NCBI GenBank assembly: GCA_012295275.1
Contig: CM022665.1
Coordinates: 868,001-932,000 of the forward strand
DNA from: Chrysomallon squamiferum
Lineage: Eukaryota; Animalia; Mollusca
Direction: 5' to 3'
Length of the DNA: 64,000 bases
Part shown: one piece after another, positions 40,237 through 54,785 of the stretch
Position numbering within the stretch: position 1 is the stretch's first letter
Layout: each line of letters begins with the position of its first letter
The notes under the pieces: model-generated
Database searches by the model: none
What the model was told of the DNA's origin: nothing
The model's input: only the letters and a program-made list of their open reading frames with translations
Position numbers and translations under genes: made by a program

Positions 40237-43200
40237 GCTTTTGTACAGTGCAATGCAATACAATAAATTAAATTTAAAAACTCAGTAATAACAATAATAA
40301 TAATAATGGCAAAATAATTTATAAAAAAATACAGGAAAAAAAACTAATGAGAAGAAATTAAAAAATTAAAAATTAAAAACAATAGCCCCATCCCATCCCA
40401 CAAAAGAGTAAAAAAAATCATTAATATAATTTTAAAAATTAAATTTTTTTTTTTTTTGCAGGACTACACTATTTCTGCAAACGCCTACATTTAGTCAAGA
40501 AATTTCTAAATTAAATGCTAAGAAGCTAATAATTTAGTTTTTTACTGTATGATGTGGGGAGTGAAAAGCGGACACACACAACTCACCCACATATTACTAG
40601 TTGCAGCATGCTTAGTGGATTTTGCCATATCTCGAAAGTCCTGCAAAATTCAGTACAAAATGTGGTAAACCTGGGTCTTTTATAAAGCTTTTATTTATAA
40701 GGAAAATAAAAACATGGTGAAGGGGGAAGAAAGAGAAAAAGAACTACCAGGGACTGTCTGAAATATATACTGGAGAAACTTAACTGTTACTTATTCTAAA
40801 ACTGTTTTTTAAAACCTGTAAAATCACCAAAATAATTTTTTTTTTTTAAATCCTGTATTGTAATAGTATTATATCTTTAATTAAATGAATGGAACCTAAA
40901 GCTTTATTTTATATAAAATATAAAATGTACGTAAAATTAAAAAAAATAAAATAAATAAAAATAAATGAAAAATTTTAAGAAAAAAGCATGAAAAAATTTA
41001 CAATGCATCAAACTGAAATGAAAAAAAACAGAACAGTATAAAACATGAACAACAAAATGATTAGGTGAGGAAAAAATATAGAAACAAAAAAAAAATCCAT
41101 GAAAAATAAACAATAAATAAAATAATATATGCTCAAAGCTTAAACAAATTTAAAATTGTCAACAAATATGAAATGAATGCTATTAAAAACAAGCAAACAT
41201 CAGAATAATAAAAAAAATACACTACAAAAAGAAATGTTAAAAACCCCATCCTATCAAATGCTACAGTAAATTATTTTATTTACTGAACTTCTGTAATAAG
41301 GAAAATAATCAGGATATAAATAAATAAATAAATAAAAATACTATTGCAAAATAGGGTTTATAAGCAACAGATTTTCACTGTCATTTTTATATGTTTCTCA
41401 TAAGGCTTAATTATTTTTTAATATATAATTATATATACAGACTATAGGATCTAAAAAGGAAATTGTGAGGTTAATATTAGGGAATAGAATGTGTCTAAAG
41501 TACTTTTAAACGTGACATTTTTAATAATACTAAAAAAATAAACCTTACCTGCTCTAAAGTATTGTGTCTCTGAGCAATAAGTAATTTGTGATGTGATTGG
41601 TTGTCTATGATGAATCTAGGGGCAAAGGTCACAATGGTTGTATCCCGGTATCGCCCATGACCTGGACTGACTTCAATGCCAATCACATAGACCCTGGATT
41701 CAGAAAAAAACACAGAAGCAAATTAAAAACCTTTGATTTAAAAAGTGTTACAGCTTACATTACATTTGTTGAGCAAAAAGAAGGAATTCTAACAAATAAT
41801 ATTATTTCATTTCTTGCTGTCTACAAGTAGAAATGCTAAAAACTTTTTATAAAACCGTATTACATCTAATTTGATTCTCTCTTTAAGTAAAGTATATTCT
41901 TAGTGTCAGCTTTTAAATTTAATGTGCTTACTACATCTAAATTTGACAAGGAGTATTTTTATTCAGAAGAAAATGGTTAAGTAATTTTTGGGATCATTAC
42001 TCTGTGAACAAATAGGTAAAAGTGTATTCTGAAAATGAGCTAACCCTGTAATTCTATTCAAACAGCTGAATATTATTCATATGCACTATTCTCATATTTG
42101 TATGTATTTATTTCTTGGTATGTGTGTGAGTAATGATCTAACTAAATATAATACAAACAGGATTAATAATTAATGAAAATGTGAGTCTAAAACTGAAACT
42201 GGAGAATACAAACTGGGTTTTCAAAGGATAATGGTGGGTATTAGATTTAAAAATATAAAAATTAAAAAAATACAGACATTTCCTGACTTATGTAGGTGAA
42301 TTATTTTGTGAAACTCAATTCAGATACAAATGTTAGAATATACCCTATATATTACTAGTGTGTCACAAAAAGGTAACAATATTATCAAACAAAGTGAGGT
42401 CTTGCTATACATGTATGGATCTACATATGTTGAGGAGTGTCTGTATACATTAAATACAAAAATAATAAAATGAAAAATGAAACTAAGAAACAAAAAAAAA
42501 CAACATGAAAATTAAATAATTTTCTTTTACTAAAAAAGGTAATGTATTTCATTCTCATTTTTACTACTCAATATTAAAGTAGCATTTTCTTTTTTTAGTA
42601 CACGAATAACAAATAAAGTAGCCTGACCCATGCTGCAAGCTGAAAATACCTATACTTAAATAATAAATAATAATTAAAAAAAAAAGGGTAATAAAATAAA
42701 TAAATAATTTCCCATTAAATACCATCAATTTAAAACAAAAACCATCTCCTTTAGTACTTTATTAAATATATAATGTTTAATATGAGAGTAAAATATATTC
42801 CATAAATGGGTGTTTAATCTTCTTTAAATTTTAACAAAAAAATAAAAACTGAAGCAAAAACCTGTTACCAGACTGTGTTACTGGTGCTGATTTGTGCAGC
42901 TTGTTGGTTGTTCCGCAATCCCCAAGGAAGAAATCAAAATTCTGATGGACAGCTACTGAGTATACCAGAAGACTAGAGTCAGTCTGGTAGATTAGCTTTC
43001 AGTTTTGTACAAAGGCAGATCTGCACCATCAACAGATAATATGTAACAATTCACACTTCAAATAGTTAATCAGTTAAGACGAAAAAGAAACAACAGATAG
43101 TCAAAATAAATAATTTTGATAAAAAGGCTATTAAAAATATTTTTTTAATTATTCTACAGAATGTTTAAAAAAAATTATTATAAAAAATTATAAAAAAACT

Positions 43201-46010
43201 GAAATAATAATAACAAGTTTTAAAGATAAAAGATATAAACAAACTGTCAAATGACTTGTAAAATAAACATCTACTGTTTTTTTTATAAGAAAAGTATTAC
43301 AAAATGGTTTAAAAATATATACTTATTTCAAAAGATTATATCTAACAAAAAAGGTCAATGTTTTTGATAGTAGTTATATATTATCTATTTTTATGAAGTG
43401 CAGAAAAGCCCTGTAAAAACAGAAGAAACCAATCATGCATGCCTGGCGCCAGACATGCCCGGTCATACGGACTTACTGAATTATGTGCGGAATGGCTAAT
43501 GAGAATTTCTGTCGTGCTTGATGCTGGAGGTTTACTAACCAATCAGGTCTGTTCTTGTCCCGTGGGGTGACATTCAGCTGACGCATTCCAATTCCACGGT
43601 CCAATGGAAACCGACTGCACCTGAAAAGTATTAAAACAGCTTTCAATGCAAAATTGTATCTGACAAACTATTTAAATTGTATTTTTGGTGGCAGGAAAAA
43701 TAAACATGACTGTTTTATTATTTGATATGTTTGACAAAAACATAACAGGTTTATCAGGATACATGTTTTATATAAAAACAAGCTCTTATATAGGTAAAAC
43801 AAGCTCTTTTAAGATTAAGGGGTACATGCTAGGTGAAAAATGACAAAATAGTTTTTTTAGTTTTTGACAGGACTGTTCAGAAAACGTATATAAAAAATTA
43901 GTTTTTTGAGATAAATGTTTCTAGTTTTTTGCAATGCAGTGTTATAATATTAAAAAATCCAGAAATAAAAGTAAAAGAGAATTATTCCCATTAAGTTTCA
44001 ATTCTATAACATAAACATTTTTTGTCACACATGTCCCTTAATAATTGGATTATTAGCGCCACTGCTACTACATTAAATTACTGAAAAAAAATATATAAAA
44101 GAGAAGATATTAATAATAAATAATTCTGATAAAATTAGTAACTTAATTACTAACAATATTACTACTCTTTCAAATAAAAGAAAAAAAAGAAAAAAAGAAT
44201 AGAAATGAAAAAAATAGAAAATAATAAATAAATAACAAATAAGATGATTAAACAGAGAAATTCAAATAAAACAGTTATCTTCTTACCACTGAGGAAGAGA
44301 CTCTGACCCATGAACTTTCTTGCCAACTCTCATGGTACAACTTTAAAAAAAAGAAGATAGAATTTAACAGTTAACACTTCAAAAAATAATGATATATATA
44401 CATTTTTTTTTTTTTTTTAATATTCCTTTTATTAATCTGCTATAATTTATAATAAAATAAAAGTTATGTATCATATTAACATTATTCAGAAAACAGTAAC
44501 ACACAACATGCTTCCACTAATAAACTATTGTTATGCCAATCATACTAATACAATCCAATTTTTTCAGAAATTTGTATCCAGCTCTGTATTATTACCTTTT
44601 CTAACAGGTGTTTGAAATTGTAATAGTTAAAAACCTAACAAGAAAATGCCTGTTTTCTAGAAGTGATTACTTACAGGGAAGGAGACTCTTTGTCTGAGAA
44701 GCTGAACAGCAGTGGGGTGACACTTCTAGCCATCTCGTGCTCCTCCCCTTGTCCAGCTGCCTCAGTGGGGGCTCCATCTTGACGAAACACGAGAGGAACA
44801 CCTGCCTTGTTCACCAGCCAGTACGGACAGAGGATACTCAACTAGACAAAACAATAAACATAATCTATGTGACACTCATTTATCACATACTCTTATTTTT
44901 AATTAAGTGTTATAATTCTGGCACAAAATTGAAACATAAATAAGATAACATGTGAACAAGAATACGAAATAAAGGTGTAGCTTCAGTATCAGTTTTTTTT
45001 AGCATAAATTTAGTTTGATATTTCTTATCTTCAAATTATGATATCTATAAAAAGGTCAGCACCTGAAGAGATCCTCCTTTGTTAATGTTGATTCGCACTA
45101 TTAGCTCCAGCACTCTGTTCTTGGGGTGTGAGTCCATCAGTCGAAGTCTTACTTTGTAGTTGGAAGTATTGGATGGTATCCTTAGTTCACGGCACATTGG
45201 AAAATTCTCCATATGGATTCCAAAGAAAAGATCATCATTCAGGTCAGCCTAAATAAAAATTATAGAAAAATAAAGATTTACTATCACAAAACTGATAAAA
45301 ATATTAAAATATAAAAATGTATTAATAATAAACAAATTAAATATATATTGCATAGATTTAATATCACATTACGGTTTCAGTAATTTTATTAATTTCAATT
45401 CTGCTTTTAATAAGGATGATGTGCAAACTATGCCCATTACTAACAGCTACTAAATTACTGAATGAATTAAGAACCTTTTATTGGCATTTTTTAAAAAAGA
45501 AAAGAGAGCCACTGATAGCTCAGGCACAGGCACTGACTGCTAAACAGTCCAACACTGTGAAGATTTCAAATACCAGCAATACTCATAACTGTGATCAATC
45601 ATAAACCATCTATCTAACTGGAAAAATTATCAACAATAACTGGACTACAAAGCATTCATACTGCTTTAGTGTGTTTGTTAGACTGATGTCACATACTTAC
45701 TCCATGAAGCGCTGCTTGGTTTCCTGCTTTCAGATTGCCTGCAAGACTGGTTCCCTTGAAGTAATACTGAATCTCCACAGGCAGCAGGTTTGAAATAGTG
45801 AGAGGTGGTAGCAGGGTGATGGTGTGGCCAGGCAGAGGTGGGTGAGAAATGTTCTGAACTCCAGGTGGAAAGTCAGTCTTTCTTGCAGGTGTGTCTTCAG
45901 GATACTGCTCTCTGCACACTGATACACAAAACCTGTAAATGTAAAACAGATTCAATGTTACATTCGTTTTGACATTTTAGAAAAAGAATACAAAACCCCC
46001 AAAAGATAAC

Positions 46011-46042
<32 letters not shown>

Positions 46043-49000
46043 CTATAAAATAATAAATAATTAACAACAATAACTATAGCCTGTTATACATTTCTGATAT
46101 ATAGAAACTTTATTAGCTTTATTATTTACTACATTATGAAATGGCTATAAATAAGCTATTTAAAAATAAGATTTCAAATGCAATATAAAATAATGGAATA
46201 TTTTGATTTCTCAGAGGAATTTTCAAACTGAACCTGCTATCCCTCAAAATGCATTTTATTGAGTGGTTTCATTGACATGTTCAGTTCTTTTTATTGTTAA
46301 TTTTATAAACTGCTCAATTATTAACATATTTGTTAAGTTAAACATTCATTATATAAAGTATATTAATTTTTGGTTACTTAATTTTTTTCTATCCTTCTAT
46401 ATCTTTTTTTTTTTTTTTTAAATAATGAGACCTTAATGTGTTTATACCTCAATTGTTTTAAAGATTTTTAAATGAGATGTTAATTTTTACACACCTGTAC
46501 ACTTCACCGCCAGACAGACACTCACACTTTCTAATTCCATTGTTATACTCTCGTGATTTTACAACATGCTGCCAGCGAAGAGGCTGGTCACAGAAGTGGA
46601 CAGGTCTGTCTTTGGGCCGGACCCACAGTCGGTCATACACATGTTGAAGTGGAACAGGCATCTGCTTGCCTTCCTGAAGTGTCATGCACTGATACTGGCC
46701 TGAATGTTAGTAAAATAAATATTATTCTAAATATTTATTTCATTTAGATATTCCATAAACAGTCAGTATAATTGCAGCATGTAAATTTAGTCATAAAAAA
46801 TCTTTACGATATCTTTAAACAAGTGAGCAAAATTATGGTTTTCCAGTGACTTAGTAGCCTCTCTCAAATTTCTGATTATTATTATTTCAAACTGTACTAG
46901 TGTTACACGGACAACAGATTTAACAGTGAATACCTGATTCATCAGCTGCTTCGAGTTTTATCTCCAATGGACTGTCTAGATGATTAACTATCATCATGGC
47001 TGACCGAACTGTGATGAGCTTGCGAGCATTTCCTTCCTGCTGTACATCAAACACAACACGAGCTGGATGAAGAACATCCTAAAAAAATAAATAAATAAAC
47101 CATTTTATCTTAAATAATATTTAAATGTAAAACTATTTGATAAACAGCAGCTGTGAAAAGATAGTACATTTTGTATAAAAACCAATAATAAACAAAAACA
47201 AAAAAAAATAAAATAAAATAAAATAAAACAAATAAAAATAAAACAATTTTAAAATAATTTAACAAAAACAAACATCTAGAGTCACTGTTAGAAAAGAGAA
47301 TATCTTTTGGAAAAAAAACTATTTTTTCTTCAGATATACATGTTTTAAGTGTTGTACTGTCATTACAACACACTCTGGAATCAGTTTACAGAGGAATGTT
47401 TCCAGTGCCTTGCTTTTTATTAAGAATATTTCCTTGTTTATATCAAACACTCTTTTTATAAGATGTTTGTACCTCAAGTCTGTTTATGGCATTTTCGTCT
47501 CCAATGCATGGCCTAAGGAATTCGATAGGCAAACAGTGGAAATCTGATTTTTCACTGGACAACTGTATTTGTCGAGAAGTCCACCTTGCAGGGTCTAGGG
47601 GCTCAACATACCCCTGTGAGATAAAGAATCACAGTTTTTGATAAAAACACAGTCAACAACTTCATGCCAAATTTGTGCAGAAATGTTCACACAACTTGTT
47701 ATTCATGCCTCACCAGTTTTCAACTGAACAAGTTTTGTTAAGAAAACACAACAATGTATGGTGCAGTAACACTGTGTATTCAAGTAAAACAACAATTTCA
47801 GGGCAAAAGGTCACATTCCAAATGTCTACTCCATCTGACAACAGATTTCAGAATTACATTATGCAGATTACATCTTTCTATATCAACTGAAAATTGCAAG
47901 CAATATCAGTATGTTCTAGGAATTAAAGAAGAAAATTTTAACTGCATATAATACCATAAGCACTATTACTAAATTCAACACAAACCAATCAAAATATAAA
48001 ATATATACATATAAAAGTGAAACAAAACTATACTATTCCATCACAAAACAAAAACAACAAAATACATCTTCCCAAAAAAAAAAAAAGAACAAAGCAAGAA
48101 ATTACTCCTAAAAACAGTCATTGCATTAACTTGGTGTGTTGATCATTATTACATTTAATCATTTTTTTAAATGAATATATACTATATAATTAAATAATAT
48201 ACACATCTGAAAGGAGTTTAAATCAGATGGAACAGATGACTATTATTTACTGTGCGGACAGAAACAAGTCAGGACATAGGTAGTTTTCAGGATTGTCTCT
48301 GCTATCACACACACAAACAACTGTGAAGTTTTAAATTAATTATTAAATATCTTAAAATTCTCTTATAAATAAATATGCAATTATAATATTTGATTAACTT
48401 CAGGGTTTAACAAATCCTAAAGGAAGTAAAATATTAAATTTTCTAATCTGTTTTGTATATAAATGCAACAACAATGGGGTTAATTAAAAAAAGAAATTTT
48501 AAAAAAGGTAAACAAACTATTACAAAACAGTATAAATATAGATTCAAGCAGCAATACAAATTAAAGTTTAATGTGGTAATTGTATCTGTGACAACATTTT
48601 AATGTACTACCTTTAATAAAAATTTAGACCAAAAATCATTTTTTTCATTTTTTTTTAAATATAAAAATAATGTATTTCAAAAATCAGTTTCAAATCTTTT
48701 CTCATCATTAAAATGAGCCATCTGTTTTCTCATTCTAAATAGAAATGCTATCTTTGGTGCTTAGGTAAAATAAAATAAAACTATGAATACATTTTTATTA
48801 TTTAAAAAAAAATATATATATATATATAAATAGTTTTAGAATAAGAAATACTTTGTGTGTCATAGTTGACTTGACAGCTGGTTCAGCATGTCTGAAATAA
48901 ATTCCAACTTTGTCCACTGAAACAGCACTCAGTCTCTGCCAACCATCAACTGTGACAACCAGCTGGTTGATGTGCATTTCATGTGTTTTCTGAAACAAAA

Positions 49001-52000
49001 CCAACTTAATTAGATGAAACTATTTCAAATGCAACAACATCTAAATCTTCTTGCATTAAATATTCTTCTGTAGAATGCAATCAAATGCCAAAAGATTTAT
49101 TTAACTCTACTATAAAAACTATTTTAATACATAAACAATTACAAAATAATAATCTATATAACATGATTAAAAATAGTTTCTTGGTGAAATCTGATCAAAC
49201 CTAGAAATCAGTAACATATCTTCAAAATGTGCAAGATTTGTACAAAATAAAATGTACCTGATGTCTATATTTCTCTCGTTGGTGAAAATAGAAAGGTTTG
49301 CATTCTCCAGGTTTCACTTTCTTCCAGTCAGATGCCTTGATGTAAGCACTGTCCAACTGCTGTGAGGTTGTCTTTGATTCCGAGCTATCTGAAGGTTCAC
49401 TGTAAAACAAAGAGTTTATACAAGAGTTTTATTGTTTTACTTTATGTCTTGTAACATATTATCCCAAAATATATGATTTAAACTAAACCTTTTGCTGTGC
49501 TCATAAATGACCTAAATTTATTATTTATGCTTCTGTGTTATTTTTTTTATCTGAAGAGGTGGCCATTGTTACTACTAATAAAAACAATAAAACAAAAACA
49601 AACATTCAGGGTTTTTATCACTGCATTCATCATGATATCAATCCATTTACAGAAATGTAATAAATTCAATAACTAACTGAAAAGCAGAAGAAAAAACTTT
49701 CAATAATGATATTTTATAATTTGCAAACAGCAGTCATCAAAAACCAGTAAAACAATATATAAAAAACAGTTATGCTGTTTTCAGATGCTACCTGGTTGGT
49801 GTAGTTGTAGCTGTGAGGAACCACAGACTGCTGCCCGTCTCGTTGACAATCATGTAAGGAATGAACGGGAGACGGCGACGCAGCATTCTTATCGACTCTG
49901 TTGACCCAGAACTGCCCAGCTCAGCTCGCTTGGTTTTCGACTCTTTATGTTTCCAGTAATCAGCTGTCCAGCTACCTTTTGTTTGGTTGTACTGTTCTAT
50001 TAATGTAGTGGTTAGGTTTACATTTATCACCTCTTTAGCTGTGTGAAAAATTAAAAGATTTAATTTTTAAGTGTTCTAATTAAAGAAAAGGAAAGGGAAA
50101 TAAAAATATAAAAACATTATGTCACACAACTAATATTATTTACATGTATGTATAATAAGCAATATTATTAACATTTTTCTTTTATACATCAGTTTCAATA
50201 AATAAATAAATAAATAATACTTGTAATTATAAAACTCATAATTAATATCATGTTTATTGTCAACTTACGATCTGTTTCAACGTGAACATTCAGAGACTTC
50301 TCGTCATGCTGTTTCCACATACTTGTGAATCTATAATTACAATTCAAACACATTTCATTGTACACTTAGCTTTTGTTTACTGACTGTCTACCTTTTCAAA
50401 ATAAAACAATGTTTTCTTCAGTGTTCACAGTAACAGTGTGTAATGTTTTCAAATCCTGAATTTATCAAGGAGTTCCAAATAAATAAGTCAATCAATATCT
50501 TACTATAAATTAAATTTAAATATTAATCAGAACCAGTTAAAATGCTTTAAAATTGCATGTACAGAAAATAAAAAACATTTTTTAAGATGCTATTATCAAA
50601 ACCAATTTCTAAGATACTGTAGAAATGAAACTCACCTCCAAGTCTCGATGAAGGGTTCCCAACCAGACAGGTTGCGGTTGTAGTACTCTGCTGTCACGTA
50701 ACTCTGTAATTTGCCTGACATTCTTGGTACAAACTGCTGATGGAACTGTACTCCTAATAATATAAAACAAGTTAAATACATACAGTTGATCTTCTACTGA
50801 CAATATTATAAACAACTTTTTGGAATGTTTGTGTTAATAGTCAAACATTAGAATTTTTAAATTACAGCATCAAGTTTGGCTGTTTGTTGTTTAGGAAATT
50901 CAAGTAATATTGATACTGTTGTTATCTAATCTTCAAGTAATGCTGATTATGTTTTCTTAAATGTCAACATCAGAATTACAACAGCAATATCTAACTGAAC
51001 TGAATACTACTTCTTTTCGGATTTCTTATATTATATGTGTTTCTATTCATTCTGTTCTCTATTGTACATTAAACATGTATTTGAAATTGCTGTTAATTAA
51101 AGCTGTTATGCAAGAAGAAAAAAATAATATTTCAGTACAGGTTAATTTCACATATAGCTTTATTTAATATAAAATATGCATTAATAACATCAATGAAATA
51201 AGCATTAAATGTCATCTACCTGTAAATGAAATCTCTGCTAAAGGAATATCAGAGTCACCACAGTCATCAATCAAACATATACAGATACAATGAGCTTTTA
51301 GCTGAAATAAAAATAAATAAAAAGATATTTAAAAAATTTTAAAATAAGATTTTCATATTTTCATTTTAATTATTATTTGATTACAGGATTTACAAAAAAT
51401 AAATAAAAGTAAAATGAGATACATAATTAAATAATACCCCTTGAGAATTTAAATATACCCCAAAATAACTAAAATCAGAATAAATTTAAGTACCTTAAAA
51501 AACAAATCTTCAAATAATCAATATTAATGCATAAATATGTTAACCTGAGAAAAAGTATTCTGAGGTGTACAAATGTAACCCAGGGACAAAACTGTTAAGT
51601 TTTTCTCTGACTTACCTCAGCATGTGTGATCTGGAAACTCTGTTTGACCACACTGACTGGATGAACAGTACAGTTAGCAGTCAGCCACACAGCTGCAGCA
51701 TCCACATCTTCACTACACACAGATAAAGCCTTGGCACAGTCTTCTCTACCAAACCCAATCTCCATCAGAGCCTTGATACTCACTTCTGTTCAACAATAAT
51801 AATGTTAATACTAATAGCAATTATAATGATACTAATAGTAATAATAGTAATAATAATAATGCAATGATTCCAAGCTGTTTCTTTTCAATCTTTTAAAAAT
51901 GTATTATTTGCTGGGTTTTTTTGCTCTGTTTTGGGGTATAGTAGGTTTTGTTTTTGATGATTTAATCTGAGGTCTTTTAAAGTTGCAATTCTGAGTTAAT

Positions 52001-52568
52001 AATATTTGGTTTTAATAATCTGTTACTCAAAATGTAATTTAATGGCATCATATAGCTATTAGGTAGCTATGGTTTACGTTTTGCATGGATATAAATTTAA
52101 ATACCTTGATGTACTGATGTGTCCATACCAGGAAACTGGCTATGTCTCTGTTGAGCTTTCAAAGCCTGCTTGGGTAGTGAGTTTAGAATGGCGAGAAATA
52201 ACATCATGTCATGGTACGAGAGTCGCAAAGTCAGAGTTCCAAAACTGACCTGAAATATATAAAATAAAAAAATAATACACATAAACCACAAGAAGACTGC
52301 TGAATATTTTTAAAGTATTCAAACTGATAGTATTTTCTTTATTTTTTTTATTTAAGCTAGTGGTTTAATAAATTAAGCTGGAATTATTCATTTGTATTCT
52401 TTCTGAATAGTATGAAACTTTAGAAAATTAATTACACAAAATATAAAATGTTTTATCTCAAAATAATTTCTCAGTTTCTGAAATCAAAGCTTATATTATT
52501 GTGTTAGTAAAAATTCAAAACACATAACAAAGTAGATTAAATTTGTAGTTACTAAAATTAATTAATAA

Positions 52569-52606
<38 letters not shown>

Positions 52607-54754
52607 AAGCTACTATTAAACATTCTAGAGTCCTTATTTATGTGTAAATATAGATGAATTAAAAAAAAAACTGGATTTTGGCAGGTTTTATCTTACTTAG
52701 CAAAGCATGGAAGAAAGATAAACACACTATACCAATGATAATAATAATAATAAGCATAATAACAAATTTTGTTTTTGTATCATTATTAATGTAATTAATT
52801 AGCTGTAAGACATAACACTGTTAAAACTAGGTTCAGTACAGCCAGTTTTAGTGTTTTATTCTGTTATCTTGAAACTTTTTCACTAAAACAATGTTAATCA
52901 TGTTAAAGCTGAATTTAAAAGGTATATCCTGTCTAGAAATAGTTCTCAATTTCTATTATTTATAATTTAACTGAATGTATAGAAGCAAAGTTTATATCCA
53001 CTCAAAAACAACAACAAAAAAAAAAAAAAAATTAATTAAATAATAATAATAATAATGATAATAATATTAATAATAATAATAATGATAATAATAATAATGA
53101 GTACTGATTAATAAAGATAATTCTTTGGCAATATATATATATAATATTAAGCAGTGATTGTCATTTTAAAAGACAATTTTCTGACAGCAAACTGAATATT
53201 TATATGTATATAAAGTCAAAGGATTAATATATTGAAAGGGAACAACTATCCTTCAAGATCCAGACAATAGGAACCAAAAATGTAAAGTAGATTTAGTATT
53301 ATTTTTCAAATATGTCTGTTAAAACTTTATTAAACCAACATCTGAAATGAATCTATGAATACAAATAAATAAATAAATAACATGCACATCCCCCCAAAAT
53401 ACCTCCAAAACCAACAGTATCTACAAATTTATCTAAATTATCTGCAGATTCTGAAACATTTACCTATTGAATAAACAGAAGCATATCATAAGTGAGCTTT
53501 TGAACGAATAAAGATATGAAAACAGGTGCAATTCAGTGTGAAAAACAATGCATGCCAACTTTCACTTTACAAAAAACAAAAAGCATTCAAAACAACCCCA
53601 AAACATCAACAACAAAAAACGCTGATGTAATTAAGCAGGATAACACAAACAGGTAAGAATGAGAGAAAGTACAATACATGAGAGGTTATACCATATCAAA
53701 AGTAAAAAAAAAATATATAATGGATGATTTTTTTTTTTACTGTTTACCTTACAATAACATGGCAGTACGTTGTTAATAATTTCATCTGTATTCTTTTTCG
53801 AATTATCCTGAACAAGGGAAAACAAATCTTGCTATCGTTACATGACAAAAAAAACAGTATCCATGAAAATATCATTACTATGTACTTCATAAATCTATTT
53901 GTAAAATATAAAATTCCATCATTTAAAAATAGCATCATTGTTGTTGGTGTTGGTATTGTTGTTGTTGTTAACAACTTACAATCTGTTTCACTGTGAATAC
54001 CAAGAAACTTTTTAAATTACTAGCATGTAAGAAAACTAATATTCTTATGGAAAGTATTGTTTTCACTACACAAAGATTTCTTCTTATCCTTGAACTGCTT
54101 TTAAATATGCAGAATATTAAATTTGTACATTATTTTCAAGTATTTAAAGTTATGTAAACTGATAAAGCCAGAAGCACCTGTGAAAGCCCCAAACACCACA
54201 GGCTTTACAAAAAAAATATTTTCAATTTGGTTTGTCTTTAACATAAGCTCATAGTCATACTGATCAGTTATTTTTGTGACATAAAAGTCATATATTTAAA
54301 GTGAATCTGATTTAATTAGTCTTAAGACAGACATTATTATGAATTAATGAAATAATGTTTAACAATTTCACATTAACTGTTGTAAGTTATCAGCTGAAAG
54401 ACACTGGCTACAGCTACACTATGATATATTTGTATACATGTCAGTCATATCTACATTACACAAAGTGAACCTCTTTATCATGGCCTCTGACACTACACTG
54501 ACAGTGAAAGAAAAGTTGATTCATATTCAGACAATAAAATAATATAATATAATTAATTTGTATATAAAACATTACATTTATACCTTTTTTTTCTTTTCTT
54601 TTTTCAAGCATAGAATAGGAATTAAAACTCATTCAAAATTTAAAATACATTAGTATATATAAAGGTTATATGTCAGTACCTCAGGAATTTATTAATTACG
54701 TTTTGTGCAAATGTTATCTATGGGAGTTTTTGGTATGTTATTTAAAGAATTAAT

Positions 54755-54785
<31 letters not shown>

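Noticed and set aside
48251-48298. 48-nt island with acceptor/donor-like ends in VPS13D intron
   Set aside because: Open only in phase 2 whereas host intron is phase 0; in phase 0 it hits a stop immediately; insufficient support.
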